From NCBI GenBank assembly GCA_046290225.1, contig JBKAGE010000037.1, forward strand, positions 32,001 to 96,000: a stretch of DNA of 64,000 bases, read 5' to 3'. Shown here piece by piece: positions 53,299 through 64,000 of the stretch. This stretch comes from Bradymonadia bacterium. GTDB taxonomy: Bacteria > Myxococcota_A > Bradymonadia > UBA7976 > UBA1532. How positions within the stretch are numbered: the first letter of the stretch is position 1; each line of letters opens with the position of its first letter. A program made the position numbers and the translations under genes. The notes below the pieces were generated by a model that saw nothing but the letters and a program-made list of their open reading frames with translations, was not told the origin of the DNA and searched no databases.

Positions 53299-54156
53299 TT
53301 GTTTTGTCGCGCGCTGATCTGTGGTGGCTTGTGGGCCACGTCGCTCCATGCCTCTCCGGCGGTAGCTGAAACGTCTGCGCTCACGGAGGCACGGGCCTGT
53401 TACGATCAGCTCGACTACCAATGCGCCGAAGCCCGACTCGCTGAAGCCCTCGGGGGCCAGTTGAAGGCAGCCGCTCGCCTCGAAGCGCTCAACCTCCAGG
53501 CCCTGGTCTACACAGCATATCGCGATGACGTGAGCGCTCGCCGCGCCGTCCGGGCCATCTATGCCCTCGCCCCGGACCATGTACCCGCCGACGATCTCCC
53601 GCCCAGCCTGCTCGCCCTTTTCGAAGAGCTCCGCCCGCCTCCACCTGCGCCTGTAGAGCCACCTCCACCCCCTACCCCCCCGACTGTGCATCTACAAGGG
53701 GGCGGCAACACCGTGTTGCTCACCGGGCGGGACGCAGCACGGTGGAGTCGCGGACTCGGAGGTGAATTGGAGGCGGGGGCCTTCTGGCCCGATCTCGACA
53801 CGAGCCTCAGCATCAGCTTCGGGGTGAGCGATCACCTACCCCGTCAGCTCGTCGACGAGGGCATGGTCTGGCTCTATGGTGGGATCACGCTGAAACGTCA
53901 CGTGCACATCGGCAACTTCGAAGTGAGCGGCGGCCTCACAGTGGGCGCAGGCCGGGTGAGCATCAACGGCGCGCTCCAGGATGATCAGTATTGGGGTGGG
54001 CTGGTGTTGCTGCCGCTCACAGCGAAGAGCCCTCGATGGATGGGTGTGGGGCTCTATGTGCGCACTGCGCCAGGGCTGTTCACCACGCCGGACGGCGGGC
54101 GCCTTGCGGGCTCGTGGTTGCTGCCCTTCTCTGCCGGTCTCGACTACCGCCTGTGA
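53299..54156 (+). CDS. Secreted protein with a TPR-like N-domain, Pro linker and beta-barrel-like C-domain
   Basis: Signal peptide, helical repeat, poly-Pro stretch, and C-terminal GLDYRL. Confidence 0.6.
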   Translation: MFCRALICGGLWATSLHASPAVAETSALTEARACYDQLDYQCAEARLAEALGGQLKAAARLEALNLQALVYTAYRDDVSARRAVRAIYALAPDHVPADDLPPSLLALFEELRPPPPAPVEPPPPPTPPTVHLQGGGNTVLLTGRDAARWSRGLGGELEAGAFWPDLDTSLSISFGVSDHLPRQLVDEGMVWLYGGITLKRHVHIGNFEVSGGLTVGAGRVSINGALQDDQYWGGLVLLPLTAKSPRWMGVGLYVRTAPGLFTTPDGGRLAGSWLLPFSAGLDYRL

Positions 54157-54169
54157 AGGAGACCGGCAT

Positions 54170-56641
54170 CTACAGGTGCTCTGCGCTCGCCGGCTGACTC
54201 CGCATCACGTGATGGGCTTCACGATATACGGTCTGTGTATCGGTGAGGCGCGTAATGAGCTGGGTGAGGCGGTTGGCCACTTCGGCGACCTCTTGTGAGG
54301 TCATCATGACCTCCTGGGCCTGCTCGAGGTTCTGACGGGCCACGCTCTCTACATGCTCGATGTCGTTCATGACGCCGAGGGCATCATGGGCAGCAGAGAG
54401 TGCCTGCTCAGAAGACTGGGCGACATCGGTGCTGACGGTGCGAATCTGATTGGCCACGGCGTTGGTCTCGTCGTTGGCCTGATTGATCTGCGAGACCACA
54501 GTGGACGCTGATTGGCTCTGAGCCTCCACGGAGTCGGCGATCTGAGCCACAGCGGAGCCCATCTGCTCGGTGGTGTGGGTGATGGCCTCGATGATGGTCA
54601 CCGTATGGTTCGCCTCGTCGACCACACCCGAGACCTTGTCTCGAATGTCTTCCACCGCATTGGCGGTTTGATCAGCAAGCTCCTTGACCTCTTCCGCCAC
54701 CACAGCGAAGCCCTTCCCTGCGTCACCGGCCCGTGCGGCCTCGATGGTGGCGTTGAGGGCGAGCATGCGGGTCTTGTTGGAGACCTGCTCGATCATGGTG
54801 AGGATGCCAGAGATGGAGTCGATGGCAGAGCTGAGCTGACTGACGTTGGTCTTGGCAGCGGTGCTCTGGTCGAGGGCCTCTTCGATGACGCTTCTGACCT
54901 GAGCGGTGGTGTCCTGGATGCTGTGAATCTCGTGCTCGATGGTCTGCACCCCGCTCGTCGCCTGATGCACCGCACCCGCCAGGCTCCCCGAACGCTCTGC
55001 GATCAATGTCGCACTGTGCTTCGCCGAATCCAGAGAGCCTGCAGCCTGGCCTGAAGCCTCGTTTGCTGAAGACGCTCGTCCCTTCGCACGGCTCGCTTCG
55101 TTCACCGCCGCTTCGGATTGCTCCGACAGGCTCTGAGAGACCCGAGACATTTTTTCTGCTGATGCGCTGAGCAATTGCCCTTCTCGAGCCACAGTGCGGA
55201 CGAGGTGCTCGATGTTGTCCATGACGCGGTTGAAGACAAAGCCCAGCTCGCCGGCTTCGTCGTTGCTGTCCTCCGACAAGCGCGTGCTGATGTCGCCCTG
55301 GCCGTAGGAGAGCTCGGTCATGCGCTTGAGCAGGTGACCCGTACCCAGCGTCGCCCCGTGCTCCACTTGGTTGAGACCGGCGAGCTCGTCCTCCGTGGAC
55401 ACGCGCATCCGCTCCACGAAGACGTCGAAGGCCTTGAACACCACATACCCGAGACCGAAAGCCCACACGAAGGCCAACAGAGCCCCACCAGCCTGCACAG
55501 CGATCTGCTCGAAGCGACCGCCGGCTGCGAGCTGATCAGCGGGGGCGAAGATGCCCACGGCGATGGTGCCCCAGAGGCCACCCATACCGTGTACGGGCAC
55601 AGCACCCACAGCGTCGTCGAGCTTGAACTTACGCTCGAGCAACTCAGCCCCGTAGTACGCCACCAGGCCGCCCACAGTACCGATCACCATGGCAGAGGGG
55701 ATCGACACCACGTTGCACCCGGCGGTGATGCCCACGAGGCCGCCGAGCAGTCCGTTGATCGATCGGTCCGGTCGGTAGTGCCCGTCCTCGAACCGGCCGA
55801 GGATCATGCACACAGAGCCACCAAAGGCACCGGCGATGAGGGTGTTGGCCACGATGGGCGAGAAGCTGCCGTCGCCGACAGTCGTAGAGCCGCCGTTGAA
55901 GCCGATCCAGCCGATCCAGAGGATGAGGGCACCCATGGTGGCGAGGACGGAGCTGTGGCCGTGAATGCGCACGGGGTTGCCCTCTTCGTCGAAGCGACCA
56001 ACACGAGGGCCGAGGATGACAACCATGGCGAGGGCGACCCAGCCACCGACGCTGTGCACCACCGTGGAGCCTGCGAAGTCGAGGAAGCCGATGTCAGCCA
56101 GCCAGGCCGTGTTGTTGCTGTCGAGCAGGTTGCCCCACGCCCAGTGGCCAAAAAGCGGATAGATGAGCACCGAGACCACCACCGAGACCACCAGGTAGCC
56201 ACCGAACTTCATGCGCTCTGCCACAGCACCTGACACGATGGTTGCTGCAGTTCCGCAGAACACTGCCTGGAACATGAAGAATGTGAAGCCCCACTCATCC
56301 ATACCATCGAGGGCGAAGAACTTGCCTTCGATGCCCAGGATGCCGCCGGCGCTGCTGCCGAACATGAACATGAAGCCCACGAGACAGAACATGACCACCG
56401 ACAACAACATGTCGGCGATGTTCTTCTGCGCCACGTTGATGGCGTTCTTCGACCGCACCATCCCTGCTTCGATGAACAGGAACCCGCACTGCATCAGGAA
56501 CACCAGCGCTGCGGACACCATCGTCCACACGTGATTGAGGTTTGTTTGTACTGTCTCTACGCTCGTCCCTTCAGCCATTGCGGGCGAGGCAAGCCCCACA
56601 CCCACCAATGTCAGGACGACTGTACTCCACCACTTCCCCAT
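54170..56641 (-). CDS. amt: Ammonium transporter (Amt) fused to HAMP and methyl-accepting chemotaxis signalling domains
   Basis: [25 protein letters not shown] and [11 protein letters not shown] motifs; then [30 protein letters not shown]. Confidence 0.93.
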   Translation of the reverse strand: MGKWWSTVVLTLVGVGLASPAMAEGTSVETVQTNLNHVWTMVSAALVFLMQCGFLFIEAGMVRSKNAINVAQKNIADMLLSVVMFCLVGFMFMFGSSAGGILGIEGKFFALDGMDEWGFTFFMFQAVFCGTAATIVSGAVAERMKFGGYLVVSVVVSVLIYPLFGHWAWGNLLDSNNTAWLADIGFLDFAGSTVVHSVGGWVALAMVVILGPRVGRFDEEGNPVRIHGHSSVLATMGALILWIGWIGFNGGSTTVGDGSFSPIVANTLIAGAFGGSVCMILGRFEDGHYRPDRSINGLLGGLVGITAGCNVVSIPSAMVIGTVGGLVAYYGAELLERKFKLDDAVGAVPVHGMGGLWGTIAVGIFAPADQLAAGGRFEQIAVQAGGALLAFVWAFGLGYVVFKAFDVFVERMRVSTEDELAGLNQVEHGATLGTGHLLKRMTELSYGQGDISTRLSEDSNDEAGELGFVFNRVMDNIEHLVRTVAREGQLLSASAEKMSRVSQSLSEQSEAAVNEASRAKGRASSANEASGQAAGSLDSAKHSATLIAERSGSLAGAVHQATSGVQTIEHEIHSIQDTTAQVRSVIEEALDQSTAAKTNVSQLSSAIDSISGILTMIEQVSNKTRMLALNATIEAARAGDAGKGFAVVAEEVKELADQTANAVEDIRDKVSGVVDEANHTVTIIEAITHTTEQMGSAVAQIADSVEAQSQSASTVVSQINQANDETNAVANQIRTVSTDVAQSSEQALSAAHDALGVMNDIEHVESVARQNLEQAQEVMMTSQEVAEVANRLTQLITRLTDTQTVYREAHHVMRSQPASAEHL

Positions 56642-56895
56642 GGCTTTGCTCCTCGAAGATCAAGCCGGACACACACCGATGATTGCCCTGTCCTTCGGCA
56701 CGATCTGTGACACAAACAAGCCATCGGGCAGGCACAGCTCAACATTCAAAAAGCATTAAAGATATAGAACCAACCCCCGGGTCGTCAGATACCCCCCTCC
56801 ACTCAAACGTGCACGGGGGCATCGCGTCGCTGACTCTGACATGCAAGCAAATGTACTCTGGGGCGGGATCTCGAAGATGAGGCAGCTGGGACTCG

Positions 56896-57141
56896 CTATC
56901 GACCCTGATTCAGCCTGCGCTCGAACTTCAAGCGCTCTGCGAGGACAGAGACGATCACTGCCCGTACCCCGCGAGTGTCGAGGCCCCTCAACGCGTTGAG
57001 CAAAGGGCCATCAGTGTACTGCAATCCCAACGCGGCGATGCCTGCAGGACCCACAGGGCACGGCAGCTGATCGTGATGTAAGGCTTTGAGCACTGTCTTC
57101 AAGGCTTCGGTGCTGACCTCGGTGAGCCCCTGGTTGACCAT
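56896..57141 (-). CDS. Small hypothetical protein
   Basis: 81 aa, AAGGA SD before the ATG, follows the permease gene in the same orientation. Confidence 0.55.
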   Translation of the reverse strand: MVNQGLTEVSTEALKTVLKALHHDQLPCPVGPAGIAALGLQYTDGPLLNALRGLDTRGVRAVIVSVLAERLKFERRLNQGR

Positions 57142-57179
57142 GATGCGTCCTTTCGTGTGATGCAGGTGAAGCCACCTGC

Positions 57180-58559
57180 TCAGAAGCTGCCTGTCATGCT
57201 CCCCAGGGCCACCACCACTGCAGTGGCGACAAAGGGGAACGCCACCGCCACCATGAAGATGTCGAGGTAGGATTTACGGTGGGTGAGCCCGCAGATGGCC
57301 AGCAGAGTCACCACGGCGCCGTTGTGTGGCAGCGTGTCGAGGCCACCACAGGCAAGGGTGGCCACGCGGTGGAGCAACTCAGGTGACAGGTCGGTGGCCT
57401 GAGCCATCTGCAAGTAGGTGCTGCCGAGGGCTTCGAGGGCGATGCTCAGCCCACCCGAGGCAGAGCCCGTGACACCGGCGAGCAGGTTCACGGAAATGGC
57501 CTCGGAGATGAGCGGGTTGCCTGGGGCGATGCCCATGACGGTCTCTTTGATGAGCGCAAAAGAGGCCAGCGTGGCGATGGTCTTGCCAAAGCCCACCTCA
57601 GAGGCTGTGTTCAAGATGGGCAGAAGGCTGTCCTTGGTGCCCTGGTTCAAAGAAAACGTGGGCTTCTCGAGCCAGCGCCACACCAGCACGAAGAGCAACG
57701 CCGTCGACACTGCCATGGCACCGATGAGGGCCCAGAGGCCCTTCACCTTGTCCAGGGAAGTGGCGCCGTACATGGCCTCGCCCAAATAGCTGGCATCCAT
57801 CTCGGGCAGAATCACCCTGCTGAGCACGTAGTTGAGGACCACGACGACGATGAGCGGGGCCACGGCGAGGACCATGGGCGGCCTCGGGGCCTCGCTGGAC
57901 TCGAGCAGCTCGGCATCACCATACCCTTCACCGGCAGCCTGAGCCTTACGGGCCCGGCTCTTGAGCCACCACAGCCCTGCCCCGAGCATGATCACGCCAG
58001 CGATGAGGCCCAGGCCTGGCGCGGCGAAGGCGTCGGTGCCGAAGTAGGGCATGGGAATGGTGTTCTGAATCGCCGGCGTGCCTGGGAGAGCGGTCATGGT
58101 GAAGGTGAACGAGCCCAGGGCGATGGACCCGGGGATCAAACGTTTGGGCACCTGAGCGCTCTGAAACAACGACACGGCGATGGGGTAGATGGCGAAGGCC
58201 ACGACGAAGAGGCTGACCCCACCATAGGTGAGCAATCCGCAGGCGAGCACCACAGCGGTGATGGCGTTGTTGGGGCCAAGCAGCTTCGCCAGCTTGAGCC
58301 CGATGGTGGTGGCGGCCCCCGAGTCGGCCATGACCTTGCCGAAGATGGCGCCGAGCATGAACACGGGGAAGTACTTGAGCAGATAGCCGCCGAGGGCAGG
58401 CATGAACACCTGAGTGTACGTGGCCAGGAGCGGCACGCCCTCGTGAAACAGGCATGCGAGCAAGGCGAGTGCCGGAGCGAGCACCAGGACGTTGATGCCC
58501 CGATAGGCGAGGTACATCAGCAACGTCAACGCCAACAGCGTGCCGACGAGTCCGAGCAT
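57180..58559 (-). CDS. GntP-family permease (organic-acid/hydroxybutyrate type)
   Basis: LTYGGVSLFVV, ALPGTPAIQN.IP, GSASGGL and DTLPHNGAV motifs. Confidence 0.9.
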   Translation of the reverse strand: MLGLVGTLLALTLLMYLAYRGINVLVLAPALALLACLFHEGVPLLATYTQVFMPALGGYLLKYFPVFMLGAIFGKVMADSGAATTIGLKLAKLLGPNNAITAVVLACGLLTYGGVSLFVVAFAIYPIAVSLFQSAQVPKRLIPGSIALGSFTFTMTALPGTPAIQNTIPMPYFGTDAFAAPGLGLIAGVIMLGAGLWWLKSRARKAQAAGEGYGDAELLESSEAPRPPMVLAVAPLIVVVVLNYVLSRVILPEMDASYLGEAMYGATSLDKVKGLWALIGAMAVSTALLFVLVWRWLEKPTFSLNQGTKDSLLPILNTASEVGFGKTIATLASFALIKETVMGIAPGNPLISEAISVNLLAGVTGSASGGLSIALEALGSTYLQMAQATDLSPELLHRVATLACGGLDTLPHNGAVVTLLAICGLTHRKSYLDIFMVAVAFPFVATAVVVALGSMTGSF

Positions 58560-58656
58560 GGGCCACTCCACAGTGGAGATGAGAGAGGCCCTTCCTTCTC
58601 ACATTTTCTGTTCGGTGGGCAACGGGACCCTCAGCGAGCCATGGACAAGACCATGC

Positions 58657-61221
<2,565 letters not shown>

Positions 61222-61368
61222 GAACTGTCTCGGCCTTCACCTGCCGTAGCCCCAGGGGCGGGTCGAAAAAACCACCCCTCGGAGAGCACGCCCTGGGGGC
61301 CCTACAAACCTGTCACGATGTTTGCTGAGAGGTCTGCTCAGGTACAGCTCTACACATGAGGAGATCCC

Positions 61369-61707
61369 ATGAGCGCCACAGAGACATATTCAGAACTGTC
61401 GGGCCACGGTAACGCCGCCCACCCCAGCTCGATCCCGGGCAGTGACGTCCGCACCTCGAACATGGATCTCAAGATTCAGTGGGGCCACCCCAAAGTCTGG
61501 GGGCCCATCGCCACTTCGTCTCTGATCTTGTTCCTCTGTATCAGCATCACCATGCATCTGATGGATCTGACCCGCTCGGGCTTCGGCTACCAGCTGCTGT
61601 TCATCTTGAGCAGCGCCTTCGTGGTGCCCAGCTTTGTGTGCACCGTCGGTGGGGCCATGATGCTGAAGAAGGAAAAGCGCAACGCCCTCGCCGACGTGCC
61701 TCACTGA
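61369..61707 (+). CDS. Small two-TM membrane protein
   Basis: GAGGAG SD; two hydrophobic helices. Confidence 0.55.
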   Translation: MSATETYSELSGHGNAAHPSSIPGSDVRTSNMDLKIQWGHPKVWGPIATSSLILFLCISITMHLMDLTRSGFGYQLLFILSSAFVVPSFVCTVGGAMMLKKEKRNALADVPH

Positions 61708-61712
61708 CCAGA

Positions 61713-61749
61713 CTCACAGCTCGGGCTCACAGCTCGGGCTCACAGCTCA
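61713..61749 (+). repeat. 13-bp tandem repeat CTCACAGCTCGGG x ~3
   Basis: Seen directly in the gap between convergent genes. Confidence 0.7.
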
Positions 61750-61756
61750 GGGCCTG

Positions 61757-63610
61757 TCACTGGTAGCCTTCTGCTTGCAGGGTGAACAGCCGGGCGTAGG
61801 TGCCGCCGACCTGCATCAACTGCACATGATCACCCTGCTCGAGCACCCGGCCTTGATCGAGCACCACGATGTGATCCGCCATCCTCACCGTGGAGAAACG
61901 GTGGGAGATCAAAATGGCCATCTTGTCGGTGGCATGTTGCCGCAGATGCTCGAACAAGCGAGATTCAGCCTCGGCATCCATGGCGCTCGTAGGCTCGTCG
62001 AGCACGAGGATGTCGGCCTCGGTGCGCATGAAGGCCCGTGACAACGCGATCTTCTGCCACTGACCCCCAGAGAGCTCCCGACCACCCTTAAACCACCTGC
62101 CCAGCTGGGTGTCGAAGCCTTCGGGCAAAGTCTCGATGAAGGGCGTGGCCTGACCACGCTCGGCGGCCTCGGCCCACCCCTCGGCATCGTCGAAACGACG
62201 CTCATCTCCGGCACCGATGTTCTCGCCTACGGTGAACTGGTAGCGCATGAAATCCTGGAACACTACGGCGACACGGTGTCTGAGGGCATCGACGCGCCAG
62301 TCTTCGATGGGCAGGCCGTCGACGAGGATCCGGCCCGAGGTCGGGGTGTAGAGCCGGGTGAGCAGTTTGATGAGGGTGGTTTTGCCCGAGCCGTTCTCAC
62401 CCACCAGCGCCAGCTTCTGGCCGGGCTTGAGGTGCAAGTTGATGTCGCTCAAGGCCCGCTCGGTGGCCCCCGGGTAGATGAAACTCACCCCCTCGAAGCG
62501 CACACCGTCACCGGGCGACGGCCCTTCAGTGAGGCCCGCCTCTTCGGTCCCGGCGGGTGCATCCTCTTCAGCGTGGTTCAGGTAGGTATAAAGCTCCGAC
62601 AGATAGAGATTGTCTTCGTACATGCCCCCCACGGCGGCGAGCAGCGCAGTGAAGGCGTTCTGACCCTGCCGAAAGACCACGAGATACATGGTCATGGCCC
62701 CGAGGGTGATGGCCCCGGCCATGGCGGTCCACGCGATCCAGGTGTAGGCCCCATAGAACGCCAGGGTACTCACCAGCCCCAGGGTGTACCCCCAGAAACT
62801 CCTGCGCAGGGTCAACGCTCGATCTTCGGCATAGAGCGACTCGAAGATGGCCCGATATCGATCGAGCAACCGGCGCCCCAGGCCATAGATCTTCACCTCT
62901 TTGGCGTAGTCCTCTCGGGCGATGACTGTCTCGAGGTAGGCCTGCTGTCGGGTCTCTGGCGCGCGCCAGCTGAAGAGCCGGAAGGCCCGACCGGCGAAGC
63001 GCGCCTCGGCGATGAAGGCCGGCAAGGCAGCGACGGCCACGATGAGCACGGCCCACCCGGAGAAGGTAAGCAGAAGCCCCGCATAGCCCACGAGGGAGAT
63101 GATGTGCTTGCCCACGTCGAGGGTCCGCCGCACCAGGCTCAACGGGCGAGACGATGCCTGGCGCCGGGCCCGGGTGAGCCGATCGTAGAACTCGGCGTCC
63201 TCGAACCGGGAGAGTTCGAGCGTGAGCGCCTTCTCGAGGATCATGACGTTGACTCGGTGGCCGAGCTGGGCCTTGAGCAAGGCATCGCACAGCCGCAACC
63301 CCCGCTGGATGCCCCGCAACACCACCACCAGACCACCCTCGAGAGCCACCCACCAAAGGGCCGCCTCGCGATCTGCAGTGAGCTGGCTCTTGGTGGCGAC
63401 GATCACCCCGTCGACGATGAGCTGCCCCACATAGGCGATGGCTGCTGGCAACAACCCTGCAGCAAAGGTGAGGGCCACCAGCACCAATGTGAGGCTGCGG
63501 TTGGTGGTCCAAACCAGAGACATGGCTCGGGCGCTGTACTGGAACACGCCAAGGGCGTGCTTCAACCCGGCGTCGGTGCCTTCTCGAGTCTGGGGCGGGT
63601 TTGGTGACAT
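61757..63610 (-). CDS. ABC transporter permease/ATP-binding protein (exporter)
   Basis: TM domain plus GENGSGKTT, LSGGQWQK, LDEPT and SHRFST. Confidence 0.93.
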   Translation of the reverse strand: MSPNPPQTREGTDAGLKHALGVFQYSARAMSLVWTTNRSLTLVLVALTFAAGLLPAAIAYVGQLIVDGVIVATKSQLTADREAALWWVALEGGLVVVLRGIQRGLRLCDALLKAQLGHRVNVMILEKALTLELSRFEDAEFYDRLTRARRQASSRPLSLVRRTLDVGKHIISLVGYAGLLLTFSGWAVLIVAVAALPAFIAEARFAGRAFRLFSWRAPETRQQAYLETVIAREDYAKEVKIYGLGRRLLDRYRAIFESLYAEDRALTLRRSFWGYTLGLVSTLAFYGAYTWIAWTAMAGAITLGAMTMYLVVFRQGQNAFTALLAAVGGMYEDNLYLSELYTYLNHAEEDAPAGTEEAGLTEGPSPGDGVRFEGVSFIYPGATERALSDINLHLKPGQKLALVGENGSGKTTLIKLLTRLYTPTSGRILVDGLPIEDWRVDALRHRVAVVFQDFMRYQFTVGENIGAGDERRFDDAEGWAEAAERGQATPFIETLPEGFDTQLGRWFKGGRELSGGQWQKIALSRAFMRTEADILVLDEPTSAMDAEAESRLFEHLRQHATDKMAILISHRFSTVRMADHIVVLDQGRVLEQGDHVQLMQVGGTYARLFTLQAEGYQ

Positions 63611-63678
63611 TGCTCGGGAAAGATGCCCGAGGCCTTGCCGAGGGTGCGCCTGCTCGGCTCAGACGATGGCGGATGTGC

Positions 63679-63999
63679 TCAGGGACACTCGAACGTGCCC
63701 AGACGCAGGAACAGCCCCCCTTGCCCCGGATCCGATTCTGTCCACACCACTCTCAGCAGGTCGCTGCCCGCCCCACCTGAGGGGCTGTCTGTCACGATAC
63801 GACCCACGAAAGGCGCGTTGGGGAGGGCGCTCACGATCGGCCGCTGACCCACGCTGCGCATATTGTCACCGAGCCAGCGCAAGGTCAGGAAACGCATGCC
63901 GTTCTCCAACCGTGTGAAGGCCTGGAGATCACTCGAGGCGGTTCCGAAGTGGAAGGTGGGCAGCTCCACCTCACCCGGGTTCAGGCGAGAGGTGGTGAA
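63679..63999 (-). CDS. Hypothetical protein, C-terminal part (runs off the window end)
   Basis: Frame stays open to the window edge (FTTSRLNPGEVELPTF...). Confidence 0.45.
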   Translation of the reverse strand, partial: FTTSRLNPGEVELPTFHFGTASSDLQAFTRLENGMRFLTLRWLGDNMRSVGQRPIVSALPNAPFVGRIVTDSPSGGAGSDLLRVVWTESDPGQGGLFLRLGTFECP

Positions 64000-64000
64000 C

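Overview
A GC-rich bacterial chromosomal window, most likely from a Myxococcota/Bradymonadia-type deltaproteobacterium. This is inferred from a MYXO-CTERM-like sorting tail, many Cys/Asp-repeat lipoproteins, a eukaryotic-like Ser/Thr kinase and sigma54 promoters. Most of the window is ordinary accessory content: aat x2, a sirtuin, a PfkB kinase, an aldo/keto reductase, alpha-2-macroglobulin plus pbpC, endonuclease I, TatD, Nth, an orphan adenine methyltransferase, bioB-bioA, an Amt-MCP fusion, a GntP permease, a hybrid kinase and an ABC exporter. The outstanding feature is on the minus strand at about 45270-47394. A consensus sigma70 promoter (TTGACA-N17-TACCTT) drives an unannotated 35-codon leader peptide in which 20 of 35 codons are Ser/Leu/Tyr and all six Ser codons are used. 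The leader is coupled to mutually exclusive antiterminator and terminator hairpins. Downstream lies an array of 10 tRNA genes that are all class II (long variable arm: Leu x3, Ser x4, Tyr x3) and structurally atypical. This looks like a ribosome-stalling attenuator that switches on a back-up set of class II tRNAs when those tRNAs fail. A three-copy long-hairpin repeat family and a MITE-like (GGGCAC)n inverted element are also present. All structures were read by eye; no folding or database search was run.
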